Origin: an uncultured Actinomycetes bacterium
GTDB lineage: Bacteria > Actinomycetota > UBA4738 > HRBIN12
DNA: 64,000 nucleotides
Reading direction: 5' to 3'
NCBI GenBank assembly: GCA_963704885.1
Contig: CAVPIB010000001.1
Location: 672,001-736,000 of the forward strand
Below the pieces are notes generated by a model that was given only the letters and a program-made list of their open reading frames with translations, was not told where the DNA came from and did not search any database. Every line of letters begins with the position of its first letter. Positions within the stretch are counted from its first letter, which is position 1. The translations under genes were made by a program, and so were the position numbers. Below are positions 7,862 to 18,029 of the stretch, piece after piece.

Positions 7862-8650
7862 CTAGTCGCGCGGCCGCAGGCGGTTCCGGAGGGTGCCGAT
7901 CCCTTCGGCGGCTAGCTCTATCTGCGCGCCGGGCCACAGCCGCCGCGACGGGTCGAGGTCGGCGCCGCGGAACGGACCGAGCGCGAACGCGTCCCCCCGC
8001 TCCAGCACCGCGAAGCGTGACGCCTCGCTGATCAGCCCGTAGAGGCTCTCCGCCGCGCCGTTCAGGTTGCCCTTCGCGACCTCCTCACCGTCGACCTTGA
8101 CCTGGACGATCATCGTCTGCGGGTCCAGCTCGTCGGCGGTCACGACGCACGGGCCGATCGCGAGCGGCAGCCCTTCGGCGGTCGCGAGCGGGTCGCCGCT
8201 CGCCTCGTGCGCCCTCCAGTCGCTCACCAGCGTGTAGCCGAAGATGTTCGGCCGGATGTCGTCGATAGACGCCTTCGCCGTCTCTCGGGCGAGCACCGCG
8301 GCGACCTTCGGCTCGTAGTCGATCCACGCCGCGCCTTCGGGCCACGGCACGTCCTGCTCGGGCCCGACGATCCGTCGCTCGACCCCGGGTGCGTCGGGAG
8401 TGAGCAGCGAGGTAGGGAAGAGCGGGGGGAGCACGCGCGCCTGCTTCACGACGCAGCGAGCTACCTCGTCTTCACGTTCGAGGGCGGCACGGGCGGCGTC
8501 CATCACGGTTCCGCCGCTGCTCGCCACCAGGGCTTCCAAGGTGGTGGGGAAGGCCGGATGCCCAACGACGTCGGGCAGGTCGACCACCTCACCCCCGAGG
8601 ATCGCTCCCAGTCGCCGGTGCCCCCTCCGGTCGTAGGTCACGAGCCTCAT
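7862..8650 (-). CDS. Fumarylacetoacetate hydrolase-family protein with divergent active site
   Basis: MRLVTY N-terminus, IDYEP, IFGYTL and IGPCVVTADEL, EGIGTLRN C-terminus. Confidence 0.8.
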   Translation of the reverse strand: MRLVTYDRRGHRRLGAILGGEVVDLPDVVGHPAFPTTLEALVASSGGTVMDAARAALEREDEVARCVVKQARVLPPLFPTSLLTPDAPGVERRIVGPEQDVPWPEGAAWIDYEPKVAAVLARETAKASIDDIRPNIFGYTLVSDWRAHEASGDPLATAEGLPLAIGPCVVTADELDPQTMIVQVKVDGEEVAKGNLNGAAESLYGLISEASRFAVLERGDAFALGPFRGADLDPSRRLWPGAQIELAAEGIGTLRNRLRPRD

Positions 8651-8810
8651 CAGGGAGCCGAAGCATACGCCCGCCCACCTGCGATTTCCGGCTTTCCACC
8701 GACGAACTGGCGGTCACCGGTCGATGGGCGATGGATGGGGTGCTCGGCTACGCTACCGACCGCACGACCAGCGGGTTTCTCAACCGTTCTTAAGGAAGGG
8801 GCGAGCTCCT

Positions 8811-10373
8811 ATGGCAGAGGGTTTCCGCGTGACCTACGCGACCATGTCGGCCGACAACGAAGAGCTGCACAAGCATTACGACGAGGGGATCGACCAAGCC
8901 AAGGCCGAGCTCGGCAAGACCATCCCGGTCGTCGTGAACGGCGAGGAACGTCCCGGCGAGGGCACCTACGAGCTTGAGTCGCCGACGGACGGCACGCTGC
9001 TCGCGCACATCTCGCAAGCCACACGCAAGGACGTCGAGGACGCGATCGCCGCGGCGAAGGGCTTCGCCGTCGAGTGGGATCGGATGGGCTGGAAGAAGCA
9101 CGTCGAGATCATCAACAACGCGGCAGACCTGATCACAGAACGCCGCAACATGCTGTCGGCGCTGATGGCGATGGAGGTCGGCAAGAACCGCCTCGAGGCG
9201 CTCGGCGACGTAGAGGAGACCGCCGACCTGATGCGCTGGAACGCGAAGGAGATGGTCGACCACAACGGCTTCAACGTGCCGATGCAAGCGATGGGTGCGG
9301 CCGGCGACTACTACGACGTGCTGCGGCCGTTCGGCGTCTGGGCCGTGATCAGCCCGTTCAACTTCCCGATGGCGCTCTCCGGCGGCCCGTCCTCGGGAGC
9401 CCTCGTCGCGGGCAACTGCGTCGTCTTCAAGCCGGCGCACCAGGGTGCGCTCCTCGGATACAAGCTCTATGAGATCTACCGCGACGCCGGTGTGCCCAAC
9501 GCCGCGTTCCACTACATCCCCGGTCGCGGCTCGATCGTCGGGGACATCATCGTGCACCACAAGGACGTCGATGGGATCACGTTCACCGGCTCGTACGAGG
9601 TCGGGATGGGCATCTACCGCACGTTCGCGTCGGACTACCCGAAGCCAGTGATCTGCGAGATGGGTGGGAAGAACCCGGCGATCGTGACGAAGAGCGCGGA
9701 CCTGGACAAGGCGACCGACGGCGTGATGCGGTCGGCGTTCGGCTTCGGTGGGCAGAAGTGCTCAGCGGCGTCACGCGTGTTCGTGGAGCGCGAGGTCTAC
9801 GACGACTTCGTCGCACAGCTCAAGGAGAAGACCGAGAAGATCAAGATCGGCAACCCGTTGGAGAAGGACGTCTACCTCGGCCCCCTGATCAACCAGGCGG
9901 CGATCGATACCTTCGAGGAAGCGGCCCAGGAGGCGCGCACGGTCGGCACGATCGTGACCGGCGGTGAGCGCCTCACGGACGGCGAGTTCGCCAAGGGCAC
10001 CTTCGTCCAGCCGACCGTGGTCGAGGTCCCCGACGACAGCTGGATCTGGAAGAAGGAGCTGTTCGTTCCGTTCGTCGCGGTGAAGTCGTTCGACGAGTTG
10101 GACGACGCGATCGACGAGGCGAACTCCAGCGAGTACGGCTTGACGGCCGGTCTCTACAGCGAGGACCGGGCCGAGATCGACGAGTGGCTCGACCGGATCC
10201 AGGCGGGTGTGGTGTACGTGAACCGCCGCGCCGGCGCGACCACGGGCGCGTGGCCCGGCGTTCAGCCGTTCGGCGGATGGAAGGGTTCCGGCACGACGGG
10301 CAAGGCGGGAGGCGGTCCCTACTACGTCACCCAATACATGCGCGAGCAGTCGCGGACGGTGATCGAGGAGTGA
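8811..10373 (+). CDS. Aldehyde dehydrogenase (P5C dehydrogenase-like)
   Basis: ISPFNFP, FTGS, CEMGGKN, GQKCSA, ELFVP and QPFGGWKGSG. Confidence 0.9.
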   Translation: MAEGFRVTYATMSADNEELHKHYDEGIDQAKAELGKTIPVVVNGEERPGEGTYELESPTDGTLLAHISQATRKDVEDAIAAAKGFAVEWDRMGWKKHVEIINNAADLITERRNMLSALMAMEVGKNRLEALGDVEETADLMRWNAKEMVDHNGFNVPMQAMGAAGDYYDVLRPFGVWAVISPFNFPMALSGGPSSGALVAGNCVVFKPAHQGALLGYKLYEIYRDAGVPNAAFHYIPGRGSIVGDIIVHHKDVDGITFTGSYEVGMGIYRTFASDYPKPVICEMGGKNPAIVTKSADLDKATDGVMRSAFGFGGQKCSAASRVFVEREVYDDFVAQLKEKTEKIKIGNPLEKDVYLGPLINQAAIDTFEEAAQEARTVGTIVTGGERLTDGEFAKGTFVQPTVVEVPDDSWIWKKELFVPFVAVKSFDELDDAIDEANSSEYGLTAGLYSEDRAEIDEWLDRIQAGVVYVNRRAGATTGAWPGVQPFGGWKGSGTTGKAGGGPYYVTQYMREQSRTVIEE

Positions 10374-11722
10374 GCCTGGAGGACATGGAGATCGAGGGGC
10401 TCGCGCACGCGAAGGCCCCGAACCTGATCACCGAGATCCCCGGGCTGAACGCCCAGGAGGTGCTGGACCGGGACGCCCGCGTGACGAGTCCCTCGCTCCC
10501 CCGCGCTTACCCGTTCGTCCCGAAGCGGGGTGCCGGGTCGGTCGTCGAAGACGTCGATGGGAACATCTTCCTGGACCTGAACGCCGGGATAGCGGTGACC
10601 TCGACGGGGCATTGCCACCCGAAGGTCGTCGAGGCGATCCAGCGTCAGTCGGCCGAGCTGATCCACTATTCGGCGAGCGACTTCTTCCTGCCGATCTATT
10701 CGGAGGTAGCCGAGCGCCTGGATGAGATCGCGCCCATGTCCGAGCCGGTGCGTTCGTTCCTGACGAACTCGGGGACGGAAGCGGTCGAGGCCGGGATGAA
10801 GCTGGCTCGATGGGCGACGGGCCGTCAGTACATCCTGGGGTTCTACGGCTCGTTCCATGGACGGTCCTACGGCAGCGTTTCGCTCACCGCCTCCAAGGCG
10901 AACTACCGCGCAGGGTTCGGTCCCCTTCTGCCCGGCGTGATCCACGCCTACTACGGCGACGGGCGTGACATGCAGATGGCACCGGGCTCCGCTGAGGACG
11001 GGTTCCCCACCATCGACTACATCGAGCACTTCTTGTTCAAGAAGATGGTGTCGGCGCGCGAAGTGGCCGCGATCGTGGTCGAGCCGGTGCTGGGCGAGGG
11101 CGGCTACATCGTCCCGCCCGACGGATGGTTGCGGGCGCTCCGCGAGCTCTGCGATCGCCACGGCATCTACCTGATCTGCGACGAGGTGCAGTCGGGCATA
11201 GGCCGCACGGGCAAGATGTGGGCGGTCGAGCATCCCGGCGTGGAGCCCGACATCCTGCTCGCTGGCAAGGGGATGGCGAGTGGGATGCCGCTCGGCGCCA
11301 TGATCGCCAAGGACTCGAAGATGACGTGGACGATCGGAACGCACGGGTCGACGTACGGTGGCAACCCCGTGTCGTGCGCCGCGGCACTTGCCACGCTCGA
11401 CGTGATCCAGGAGGAGCAGCTGCTGGAGAACGCCGACAAGGTGGGCGGCGTGATGTTGAACGGGCTCCGTGACATGCAGGATCGCCACCCCAGCATCCGC
11501 GAGGTGCGAGGCTTGGCGCTGATGATCGGGATCGAGTTCCCCGACCATGACTTCGCAGCGGGGGTGGAGCATCGGTTGTTCCAGAAGGGCTTGCTGGCCC
11601 TCGGGTGCGGTGACAACGCGATGCGGATGTCGCCCGCGCTCACGTTCCGTGAGGACCAGGCGCGGACCGCGCTCGAGATCTTCGAGGGCGTGGTCGCCGA
11701 CGCCGAGTCCTCCGATGCGTAG
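10370..11722 (+). CDS. Class III PLP aminotransferase (4-aminobutyrate/ornithine aminotransferase-like)
   Basis: NSGTEAVE, FHGRS, EPVLGEGG, DEVQSGIGRTG, GKG and HGSTYGGNP. Confidence 0.9.
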   Translation: MSLEDMEIEGLAHAKAPNLITEIPGLNAQEVLDRDARVTSPSLPRAYPFVPKRGAGSVVEDVDGNIFLDLNAGIAVTSTGHCHPKVVEAIQRQSAELIHYSASDFFLPIYSEVAERLDEIAPMSEPVRSFLTNSGTEAVEAGMKLARWATGRQYILGFYGSFHGRSYGSVSLTASKANYRAGFGPLLPGVIHAYYGDGRDMQMAPGSAEDGFPTIDYIEHFLFKKMVSAREVAAIVVEPVLGEGGYIVPPDGWLRALRELCDRHGIYLICDEVQSGIGRTGKMWAVEHPGVEPDILLAGKGMASGMPLGAMIAKDSKMTWTIGTHGSTYGGNPVSCAAALATLDVIQEEQLLENADKVGGVMLNGLRDMQDRHPSIREVRGLALMIGIEFPDHDFAAGVEHRLFQKGLLALGCGDNAMRMSPALTFREDQARTALEIFEGVVADAESSDA

Positions 11723-11731
11723 GTCGTCGGC

Positions 11732-12121
11732 GTGACCGTCTCCGTCGATACCCTCACGTTCGACTGCCACGATCCGAAGCTCGTCGCCGACTTCTGGTGC
11801 ACGGCGCTCGGGTATCGGCTCGTGGATATCGACGACGAAGGCGCGGAGATCCGGCCCGTCGATGGTTCGGGCTGGACGCTGCTCTTCTTGATCGTTCCCG
11901 AGGGCAAGAGCGTCAAGAACCGCGTGCATCTGGATCTGCGCCCCAGTGTGTCGATGGCCGACGAGGTGGCTCGATTGGAAGCGGCCGGTGCCACCCCTTC
12001 GCGACGGGTGGACGAGGGAGGCAGCTTCTGGACCGTGATGGCCGACCCGGAGGGGAACGAGCTCTGCGTCCTTCGCGGCCCCGCGGATGGCTGGACGCCG
12101 GAGGGGTCGGTGGATGGCTGA
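11732..12121 (+). CDS. VOC/glyoxalase-like protein
   Basis: FDCHDP, KNRVHLDL and WTVMADPEGNELCV. Confidence 0.9.
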   Translation: MTVSVDTLTFDCHDPKLVADFWCTALGYRLVDIDDEGAEIRPVDGSGWTLLFLIVPEGKSVKNRVHLDLRPSVSMADEVARLEAAGATPSRRVDEGGSFWTVMADPEGNELCVLRGPADGWTPEGSVDG

Positions 12122-13037
12122 GTCGAAGGTGGCCACCATGCACGACGCCGTCGCGGCCTTCGTCCGCGACGGCGACACCGTCGCGATCGAAGGCTTCACC
12201 CACCTGATCTGCTTCGCCGCGGGTCACGAGATCATCCGGCAGCGTCGCCGCGACCTGACGCTCTGCCGCTTGACCCCCGACGTGGTCTACGACCAGATGA
12301 TCGGGGCCGGCGTCGCATCCAAGCTGGTGTTCTCTTGGCTCGGCAACCCGGGCGTGGGTTCGCTCCACGCTATCCGCAGGCGTATCGAGAACGATGACCC
12401 GGCACCGTTGGAGATCGAGGAGTACTCGCATTTCGGGATGGTCTGCCGCTACGTGTCCGGCGCCGCTAACCTGCCGTTCTTCCCGATCCGCAGCTACTTC
12501 GAGTCGGACATCCCGAAGGTCAACCCGAACATCAAGGCGATGCGCTCGCCGTATGCCGACGGCACCGAGATCCACGTCGTGCCGCCGCTCAAGCCCGACG
12601 TGTCGATCGTGCACGCGCAGCGTGCCGACGCGAGCGGCGATGCTCAGATCTGGGGGCTGCTCGGTTGCCAGAAAGAGGCGGCGTTCGCGGCCGACCGTGT
12701 GATCGTGGTGTGCGAGGAGCTGGTCGAGGAGTCCGTGATCCGCGCCGATCCCAACCGAACCGTGATCCCAGGGGTGATCGTGGATGCCGTGGTCGAGGAG
12801 CCGTTCGCCTGCCATCCGTCTTTCGCGCAGGGCTACTACGACCGCGACAACGCGTTCTACCTGAAGTGGGATGAGATCGCGCGGGACGCGGCGACGCTCG
12901 ATGCCTGGCTGGACGAGTGGGTCCACGGCCTGGCCAACCACGCCGAGTACGTGGAGAAGATGGGCGCGGCGCACTGGGACCACCTTCGGCCCGAGTCGGC
13001 GATGTCGGGCGAGGTCGACTACGGGAGGTACGCGTGA
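12114..13037 (+). CDS. CoA-transferase subunit A (GctA/CatI-like)
   Basis: EGFTHLICFAAGHEIIRQ, FSWLGNPGVGSLH and HAQRAD. Confidence 0.88.
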   Translation: MAESKVATMHDAVAAFVRDGDTVAIEGFTHLICFAAGHEIIRQRRRDLTLCRLTPDVVYDQMIGAGVASKLVFSWLGNPGVGSLHAIRRRIENDDPAPLEIEEYSHFGMVCRYVSGAANLPFFPIRSYFESDIPKVNPNIKAMRSPYADGTEIHVVPPLKPDVSIVHAQRADASGDAQIWGLLGCQKEAAFAADRVIVVCEELVEESVIRADPNRTVIPGVIVDAVVEEPFACHPSFAQGYYDRDNAFYLKWDEIARDAATLDAWLDEWVHGLANHAEYVEKMGAAHWDHLRPESAMSGEVDYGRYA

Positions 13038-13810
13038 GCGACGCCGTCGCCGGGTACTCCAAGTCCGAGATCATGATCGCCGCGAGCGCGCGGCAGCTGA
13101 ACGCGGTCAGCAACTGCTTCGTTGGTGTGGGACTGCCGAACATCGTCTGCAACCTGGCGCAGCGCACCGTCTCGCCTCACCTGCAACTGGTCTACGAGTC
13201 GGGCGTATTCGGCGCTCGGCCGGAGCGCTTGCCGCTGTCGATCGGGGACCCGACACTCGTCACCGGCGCCACCGCGATCACGTCGATGTTCGAGCTGTTC
13301 GCCTACTACTTGCAGGCGGGGCTGATCGACGTGGCGTTCCTGGGCGCCGCGCAGATCGACAGGTTCGGCAACATCAACACCACGGTGATAGGCGACTACG
13401 CCAAGCCCAAGGTCCGCCTGCCAGGAAGCGGCGGCGCGTGCGAGATCGCGATCAACGCCCGACAGGTGATGGTGATCATGCGCCAGGGGACCCGTTCGTT
13501 CGTGGACACGATCGACTTCCGGACGTCGCCGGGACACTCGGGTGATCCGGACCACGACGCCGCGCGAGGCTGGTGGGGGAGCGGCCCGACCAGCGTCGTG
13601 ACCGACCTGGGGACGTACGTCTTCGATGAACGGACGGGCGAGATGACGCTCACCACGCTGCATCCCGGTGTCAGCCTCGAGCAGGTGCGCCAAGGGATGG
13701 GCTGGGACCCGAAGGTCGCCGACGACGTTGGCGAGACGTCGGCGCCGTCGGCAGAGGAGCTCCGGTTGATCCGCGAAGAGCTCGACCCGCTCGGCGTCTA
13801 CACGAAGTAG
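13034..13810 (+). CDS. CoA-transferase subunit B (GctB/CatJ-like)
   Basis: FVGVGLP, VYESG, AQIDRFGNINTT and RLPGSGGA. Confidence 0.88.
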   Translation: MSDAVAGYSKSEIMIAASARQLNAVSNCFVGVGLPNIVCNLAQRTVSPHLQLVYESGVFGARPERLPLSIGDPTLVTGATAITSMFELFAYYLQAGLIDVAFLGAAQIDRFGNINTTVIGDYAKPKVRLPGSGGACEIAINARQVMVIMRQGTRSFVDTIDFRTSPGHSGDPDHDAARGWWGSGPTSVVTDLGTYVFDERTGEMTLTTLHPGVSLEQVRQGMGWDPKVADDVGETSAPSAEELRLIREELDPLGVYTK

Positions 13811-13833
13811 CCACGAGCGGTACCGTGTCGGCC

Positions 13834-14022
13834 ATGCCGGAGCGCGACCACGAGCCCGAAGCCTCGCCCTGGGCGGACCCCGCCGAGATGCAGGATCCTG
13901 AGCCGGACTGGGCGAAAGGCATCCGCGACCAGAGGAAGGCCCGGGCCGAACGCCTCCGAAAGGTGTTCGAGGGCTTCGACGGCAAGCTCCAGAAGAAGCC
14001 TGAACCTCCGGGGTCCGGATGA
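13834..14022 (+). CDS. Small hypothetical protein
   Basis: Fills the gap; stop overlaps the next ATG (ATGA); TACCGT 7 nt upstream. Confidence 0.55.
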   Translation: MPERDHEPEASPWADPAEMQDPEPDWAKGIRDQRKARAERLRKVFEGFDGKLQKKPEPPGSG

Positions 14023-15329
14023 GCCACGTCTTCCCACGCGTGCTGACCCGTGTTCTGCCGACGGCGGTGTCGGCCGAGGGCGCCTGGATCGTGGATGCCA
14101 ACGGCAAGCGTTATCTGGACGGTTCGGGCGGGGCGATCGTGGTGAACGTCGGTCACGGCGACCGTGAGCTGATCGATGCCGCGGTCGCGCAGCTGCACAA
14201 GACCCAGTACGTGCACGGCACGATGTTCACGACCGAAGCGGTCGAATCCTACGCCGACGAGCTGGCGCCGCATCTCCCCATGGACGATCCACGGATCTAC
14301 CCGGTGTCGGGAGGGAGCGAGGCTATCGAGACCGCCATCAAGATGGCGCGGGCCTATCACATGGCGCGTGGCGAGGAAGCTCGAACCGCCATCATCGCCA
14401 GGAGGAGCTCGTATCACGGCAATACGCTCGGCGCGCTGGACGTGAGCGGCAAGGAGCCCATCCGCAAGCCGTATACGGCTTGGCTCGGCCGGTTCCTGCA
14501 CGCGCCCGCGGCCTACGAGTACCGGTGCGGGAACCCGCAACACCCCGAGGAGTGCGGGGCGTGGCACGCCGCCGAGCTCGAGCGGATGGTCTCGCTGGCC
14601 GGGCCCGAGAACGTGGCGGCCTTCGTGGCCGAGCCGGTCGGGGGCGCGACGCTCGCTGCGGCGGTCCCGACCGACGACTACTGGCCGGCCGTTCTGGATG
14701 TCTGCCGTCGCCACGGCATTCTCGTGATAGCGGACGAGGTCATGACAGGGTTCGGCCGGACGGGTCGCTGGTTCGGCGCGGACCACTGGGGCGTCCGCCC
14801 CGACATCTTGACCGCCGGCAAGGGCAGCACTAGCGGCTACGTGCCGTTCGGGTTCGCCGCTGCCACCCGCGAGGTGTTCGACACCGTCGCCTCCGGAGGG
14901 TTCGTTCACGGTTTCACGTGGTCGCACAACGCGCTCGGCGCGGCGGTTGGTAGTGCGGTCCTGCGCCGCCTAACCGAGGGCGGGCTGGTCGAGCGGAGCG
15001 CCGAGCTCGGCGAGCGCCTCCGCAAGGAGCTGGCCGTGGCGCTCGAGGATTGCCCGATCGTCGGGGACGTTCGCGGGATCGGCATGATGGTCGGGGTGGA
15101 GTTGGTGCGCGACCGCGAGACGGCGGATCCGTTCGCTCGGACCGAGCAGGCGGCGGAGCGTGTCACCGCCGCTGCTCGCGAGGCGGGTCTGCTTCTCTAC
15201 TCGAGCACCGGTCATGTCGACGGGACGAAAGGCGACCTGATCATGCTGGGACCGCCGTTCTGCATGACCGACGACGACGCGTCGATCCTGGTGGAGCGCA
15301 CCGCTGCCTCGATCTGCTCGGTCGCGTGA
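14019..15329 (+). CDS. Class III PLP aminotransferase
   Basis: SGGSEAIE, SYHGNT, DEVMTGFGRTG, GKG and HGFT. Confidence 0.9.
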   Translation: MSHVFPRVLTRVLPTAVSAEGAWIVDANGKRYLDGSGGAIVVNVGHGDRELIDAAVAQLHKTQYVHGTMFTTEAVESYADELAPHLPMDDPRIYPVSGGSEAIETAIKMARAYHMARGEEARTAIIARRSSYHGNTLGALDVSGKEPIRKPYTAWLGRFLHAPAAYEYRCGNPQHPEECGAWHAAELERMVSLAGPENVAAFVAEPVGGATLAAAVPTDDYWPAVLDVCRRHGILVIADEVMTGFGRTGRWFGADHWGVRPDILTAGKGSTSGYVPFGFAAATREVFDTVASGGFVHGFTWSHNALGAAVGSAVLRRLTEGGLVERSAELGERLRKELAVALEDCPIVGDVRGIGMMVGVELVRDRETADPFARTEQAAERVTAAAREAGLLLYSSTGHVDGTKGDLIMLGPPFCMTDDDASILVERTAASICSVA

Positions 15330-16399
15330 GCGACAGGGTCGGACTCGTCCTGTGTCCCGAAGCCAAGATCTACGATCACGGCCCCGAACATCCCCTCCGG
15401 CCCGAGCGCGTGCTCCTGACCTGGGAGCTGATCCACTCCCTGGGTCTGGACGACCTCGCGAACGTCGAGCGGTTGACCTGTCAGGCTGCAGACGACGCCA
15501 CGCTCCAGTTGGTGCATACGCCTGCGTTCATCGACGCAACGCGGCGCGCCGGAGATGGCGAGACCGGAGACTGGAGGCGGTTCGGCTACGGCCCCGGCGA
15601 CAATCCGATCTTCGACCGGATGCACCACGCCGGAGCGCTGGTGGCCGGGGCGTCTGTGGAGGCCGCGCGGTCGGTGTGGGCCGGGGAGGTCGAGCATGCG
15701 TTCAACGCAGCCGGAGGGCTTCATCACGCCATGCCCGATCGGGCGTCGGGGTTCTGCGTGTACGACGACCCGGCGATAGCCATCGCGTGGCTCCTGGAGC
15801 ATGGCGCGGAGCGGGTGGCCTACGTCGACGTGGACGTGCACCACGGCGACGGCCCGCAGTTCATCTTCTGGGACGATCCGCGCGTGCTCACCGTCTCGAT
15901 CCATCAGTTCGCGCCGTGGTTCTTCCCCGGCACCGGTGATGCGAGCGAACGGGGAGGCTCGGAGGCATCGGATAGCGCCGTGAACATCCCGCTCCCTCCC
16001 TTCACGGGCGACGAAGAGTGGCTGCATGCGTTCCGAGGCGAGGTGCCCAGGCTGGTCAGGGGGTTCCGTCCCGACGTGTTGGTGACCCAGCTCGGTTGTG
16101 ACACCCACGCCACCGACCCGCTGGCGCAGATGCAGCTCACCACCCGCGCCTACCGCGAGGCGGCGAAGGAGCTCCACGACCTGGCGCACACGGCGGCGAG
16201 CGGACGTTGGGTGGCAACCGGGGGGGGCGGATACCAGTGGGCTCGGGTCGCTCCGCGAGCGTGGACGCTCTACTTCGCCGAGATGGCCGGTGCCGAGGTA
16301 CCCGATCGGCTCCCCGACCGGTGGATCGAAGAGGTTCGCGGACTCGTCGGCGGCGATGTGCCAACCACGTTCTCCGAGTTGGCGGTCGACCCGGCATGA
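15326..16399 (+). CDS. acuC: AcuC/HDAC-family zinc deacetylase
   Basis: HPLRPER, GGLHHA, GFCVY, DVDVHHGDG, FFPGTG and GGGGY. Confidence 0.85.
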   Translation: MSDRVGLVLCPEAKIYDHGPEHPLRPERVLLTWELIHSLGLDDLANVERLTCQAADDATLQLVHTPAFIDATRRAGDGETGDWRRFGYGPGDNPIFDRMHHAGALVAGASVEAARSVWAGEVEHAFNAAGGLHHAMPDRASGFCVYDDPAIAIAWLLEHGAERVAYVDVDVHHGDGPQFIFWDDPRVLTVSIHQFAPWFFPGTGDASERGGSEASDSAVNIPLPPFTGDEEWLHAFRGEVPRLVRGFRPDVLVTQLGCDTHATDPLAQMQLTTRAYREAAKELHDLAHTAASGRWVATGGGGYQWARVAPRAWTLYFAEMAGAEVPDRLPDRWIEEVRGLVGGDVPTTFSELAVDPA

Positions 16400-17811
16400 T
16401 CGCGCGCACCAAGCTCATCTGCACGCTGGGCCCGGCTACGAACACGCCCAAGTTCGTGAGCGGTCTGGTCGCGGCCGGCGCCTCTATCTTCCGGCTGAAC
16501 TTCTCGCACGGCGCGCCGAAGGACCACGCGCGCGCCGTCAAGCTGGTGCGCGACGCCGAGGCGAAGGCCGACCGTTCGCTCGCCGTGATGGTGGACCTCC
16601 CCGGCCCGAAGGTTCGGCTCGGGACGCTCCAGCCGGATCCGCGCAGGTTCGTAACCGGCCAGATCTTCGTCTTGGGTCCGGACGCGCCTGCGGGTCGGGA
16701 CGGAGCCACCACCACCTACCCTGGGCTGGCGAAGGACCTGCGCGTGGGCGACCGCGTCCTGCTGGCCGACGGCGCCGTCGAGCTGACGGTCGTCGCGATC
16801 GAGGACGGGTTGGTCCGCACGGAATGCGTTCGCGGCGGGACGGTTCGGTCCGGCCAGGGCGTGAACGTCCCCGCCGAGCGTCTCAGCCTGCCCGCCGTCA
16901 CCGACCGAGACCGTGAAGGGCTGACGCGTGCGCTGGAGCTCGGCGTCGACCTGATCGCCCAGTCGTTCGTACGAGGCCCCGGCGACGTCCAGGAGCTTCG
17001 AGCGCTCATGGGGGACCACCCCGTGCCGCTCGTGGCCAAGATCGAAACGAAGCCTGCCGTGCAGGAGATCGCCGGGATCTTGGATGCGACCGACGCGCTC
17101 ATGGTCGCCCGCGGCGACCTGGGCGTTGAGCTGCCGATGGAGGAGATCCCACTGCTGCAGAAGGATCTGATGCGCGCGGCCCGCCAGGTCGGCCGACCGG
17201 TGATCGTGGCCACGCAGATGCTCGAGTCGATGATCCGCGCGCCGAGGCCCACGCGCGCGGAGGCCACCGACGTGGCGAACGCCGTCCTGGATGGCGCAGA
17301 CGCCATCATGCTGTCGGGCGAGACGGCCATCGGCCGCTACCCGTTCGAAGCCGCGGCGGCGGCGTCTCGGATCGCCGCGGCGGTCGAGGCGCGCGCGCTG
17401 GAGTACCGCGCCGCACAACCCGCATGCAGCCACTCGGGTGAGGGCGCGGCCGTGGCGCACGCGGCGGCGGCCGTGGCCACCGAGGACCGCGATGTGATCG
17501 CCATCACGTGCTACACCGAGACCGGCCGGACGGCGCAGCTGCTCGCGGCCGAACGTCCGGGTGTGCCGGTGTTCGCGTTCATCCCCGACGAACGCGTCCG
17601 CCGGGCGAACGCGCTGCTCTGGGGTGTCACGCCGCTTCCCGCAGGCAAGCCCGTCGACACCGACGAGATGATCGCGCTCATGGATGAAGGCCTTCAGGCT
17701 CATGGCTTGGCCAAGCCGGGCGACGCGGTCGTCATGGCAGCGGCCTCACCCGCCGGCAAGACCACCACGAACATGCTCAAGATCCACCGCGTAGGCTCTC
17801 CCGTCCGCTAG
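16396..17811 (+). CDS. pyk: Pyruvate kinase
   Basis: RTKLICTLGPA, RLNFSHG, AKIET, MVARGDLGVE, ATQMLESM and MLSGETA. Confidence 0.95.
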   Translation: MIARTKLICTLGPATNTPKFVSGLVAAGASIFRLNFSHGAPKDHARAVKLVRDAEAKADRSLAVMVDLPGPKVRLGTLQPDPRRFVTGQIFVLGPDAPAGRDGATTTYPGLAKDLRVGDRVLLADGAVELTVVAIEDGLVRTECVRGGTVRSGQGVNVPAERLSLPAVTDRDREGLTRALELGVDLIAQSFVRGPGDVQELRALMGDHPVPLVAKIETKPAVQEIAGILDATDALMVARGDLGVELPMEEIPLLQKDLMRAARQVGRPVIVATQMLESMIRAPRPTRAEATDVANAVLDGADAIMLSGETAIGRYPFEAAAAASRIAAAVEARALEYRAAQPACSHSGEGAAVAHAAAAVATEDRDVIAITCYTETGRTAQLLAAERPGVPVFAFIPDERVRRANALLWGVTPLPAGKPVDTDEMIALMDEGLQAHGLAKPGDAVVMAAASPAGKTTTNMLKIHRVGSPVR

Positions 17812-17826
17812 CCGTAGTATGCCGAC

Positions 17827-18018
17827 ATGAGCGGATACGGTGTTCCTGGCGTGCCGGGTAGGTCCGGAGGCACGGATCCCGAGAGCACGCGGCTCGACGA
17901 GAAGGAACTCCAGGCGGCCGCCGAGCGGCACGAAGCGGAGGAGAGGGCGCACGCGAGCGAGAAGCCGCGCGACCCGCGATCCTTCTCTCGGCTCTTCAAG
18001 CGCCGTTCTTCGCGCTAG
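17827..18018 (+). CDS. Small hypothetical protein
   Basis: 63-aa ORF filling the gap, TAGTAT 6 nt upstream (leaderless-like). Confidence 0.5.
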   Translation: MSGYGVPGVPGRSGGTDPESTRLDEKELQAAAERHEAEERAHASEKPRDPRSFSRLFKRRSSR

Positions 18019-18029
18019 TCCGTAGCGGA

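Noticed and set aside
10322-12199. Long antisense and alternate-frame ORFs (this 625-aa ORF and many others)
   Set aside because: Shadow ORFs expected from high-GC codon bias opposite well-supported genes
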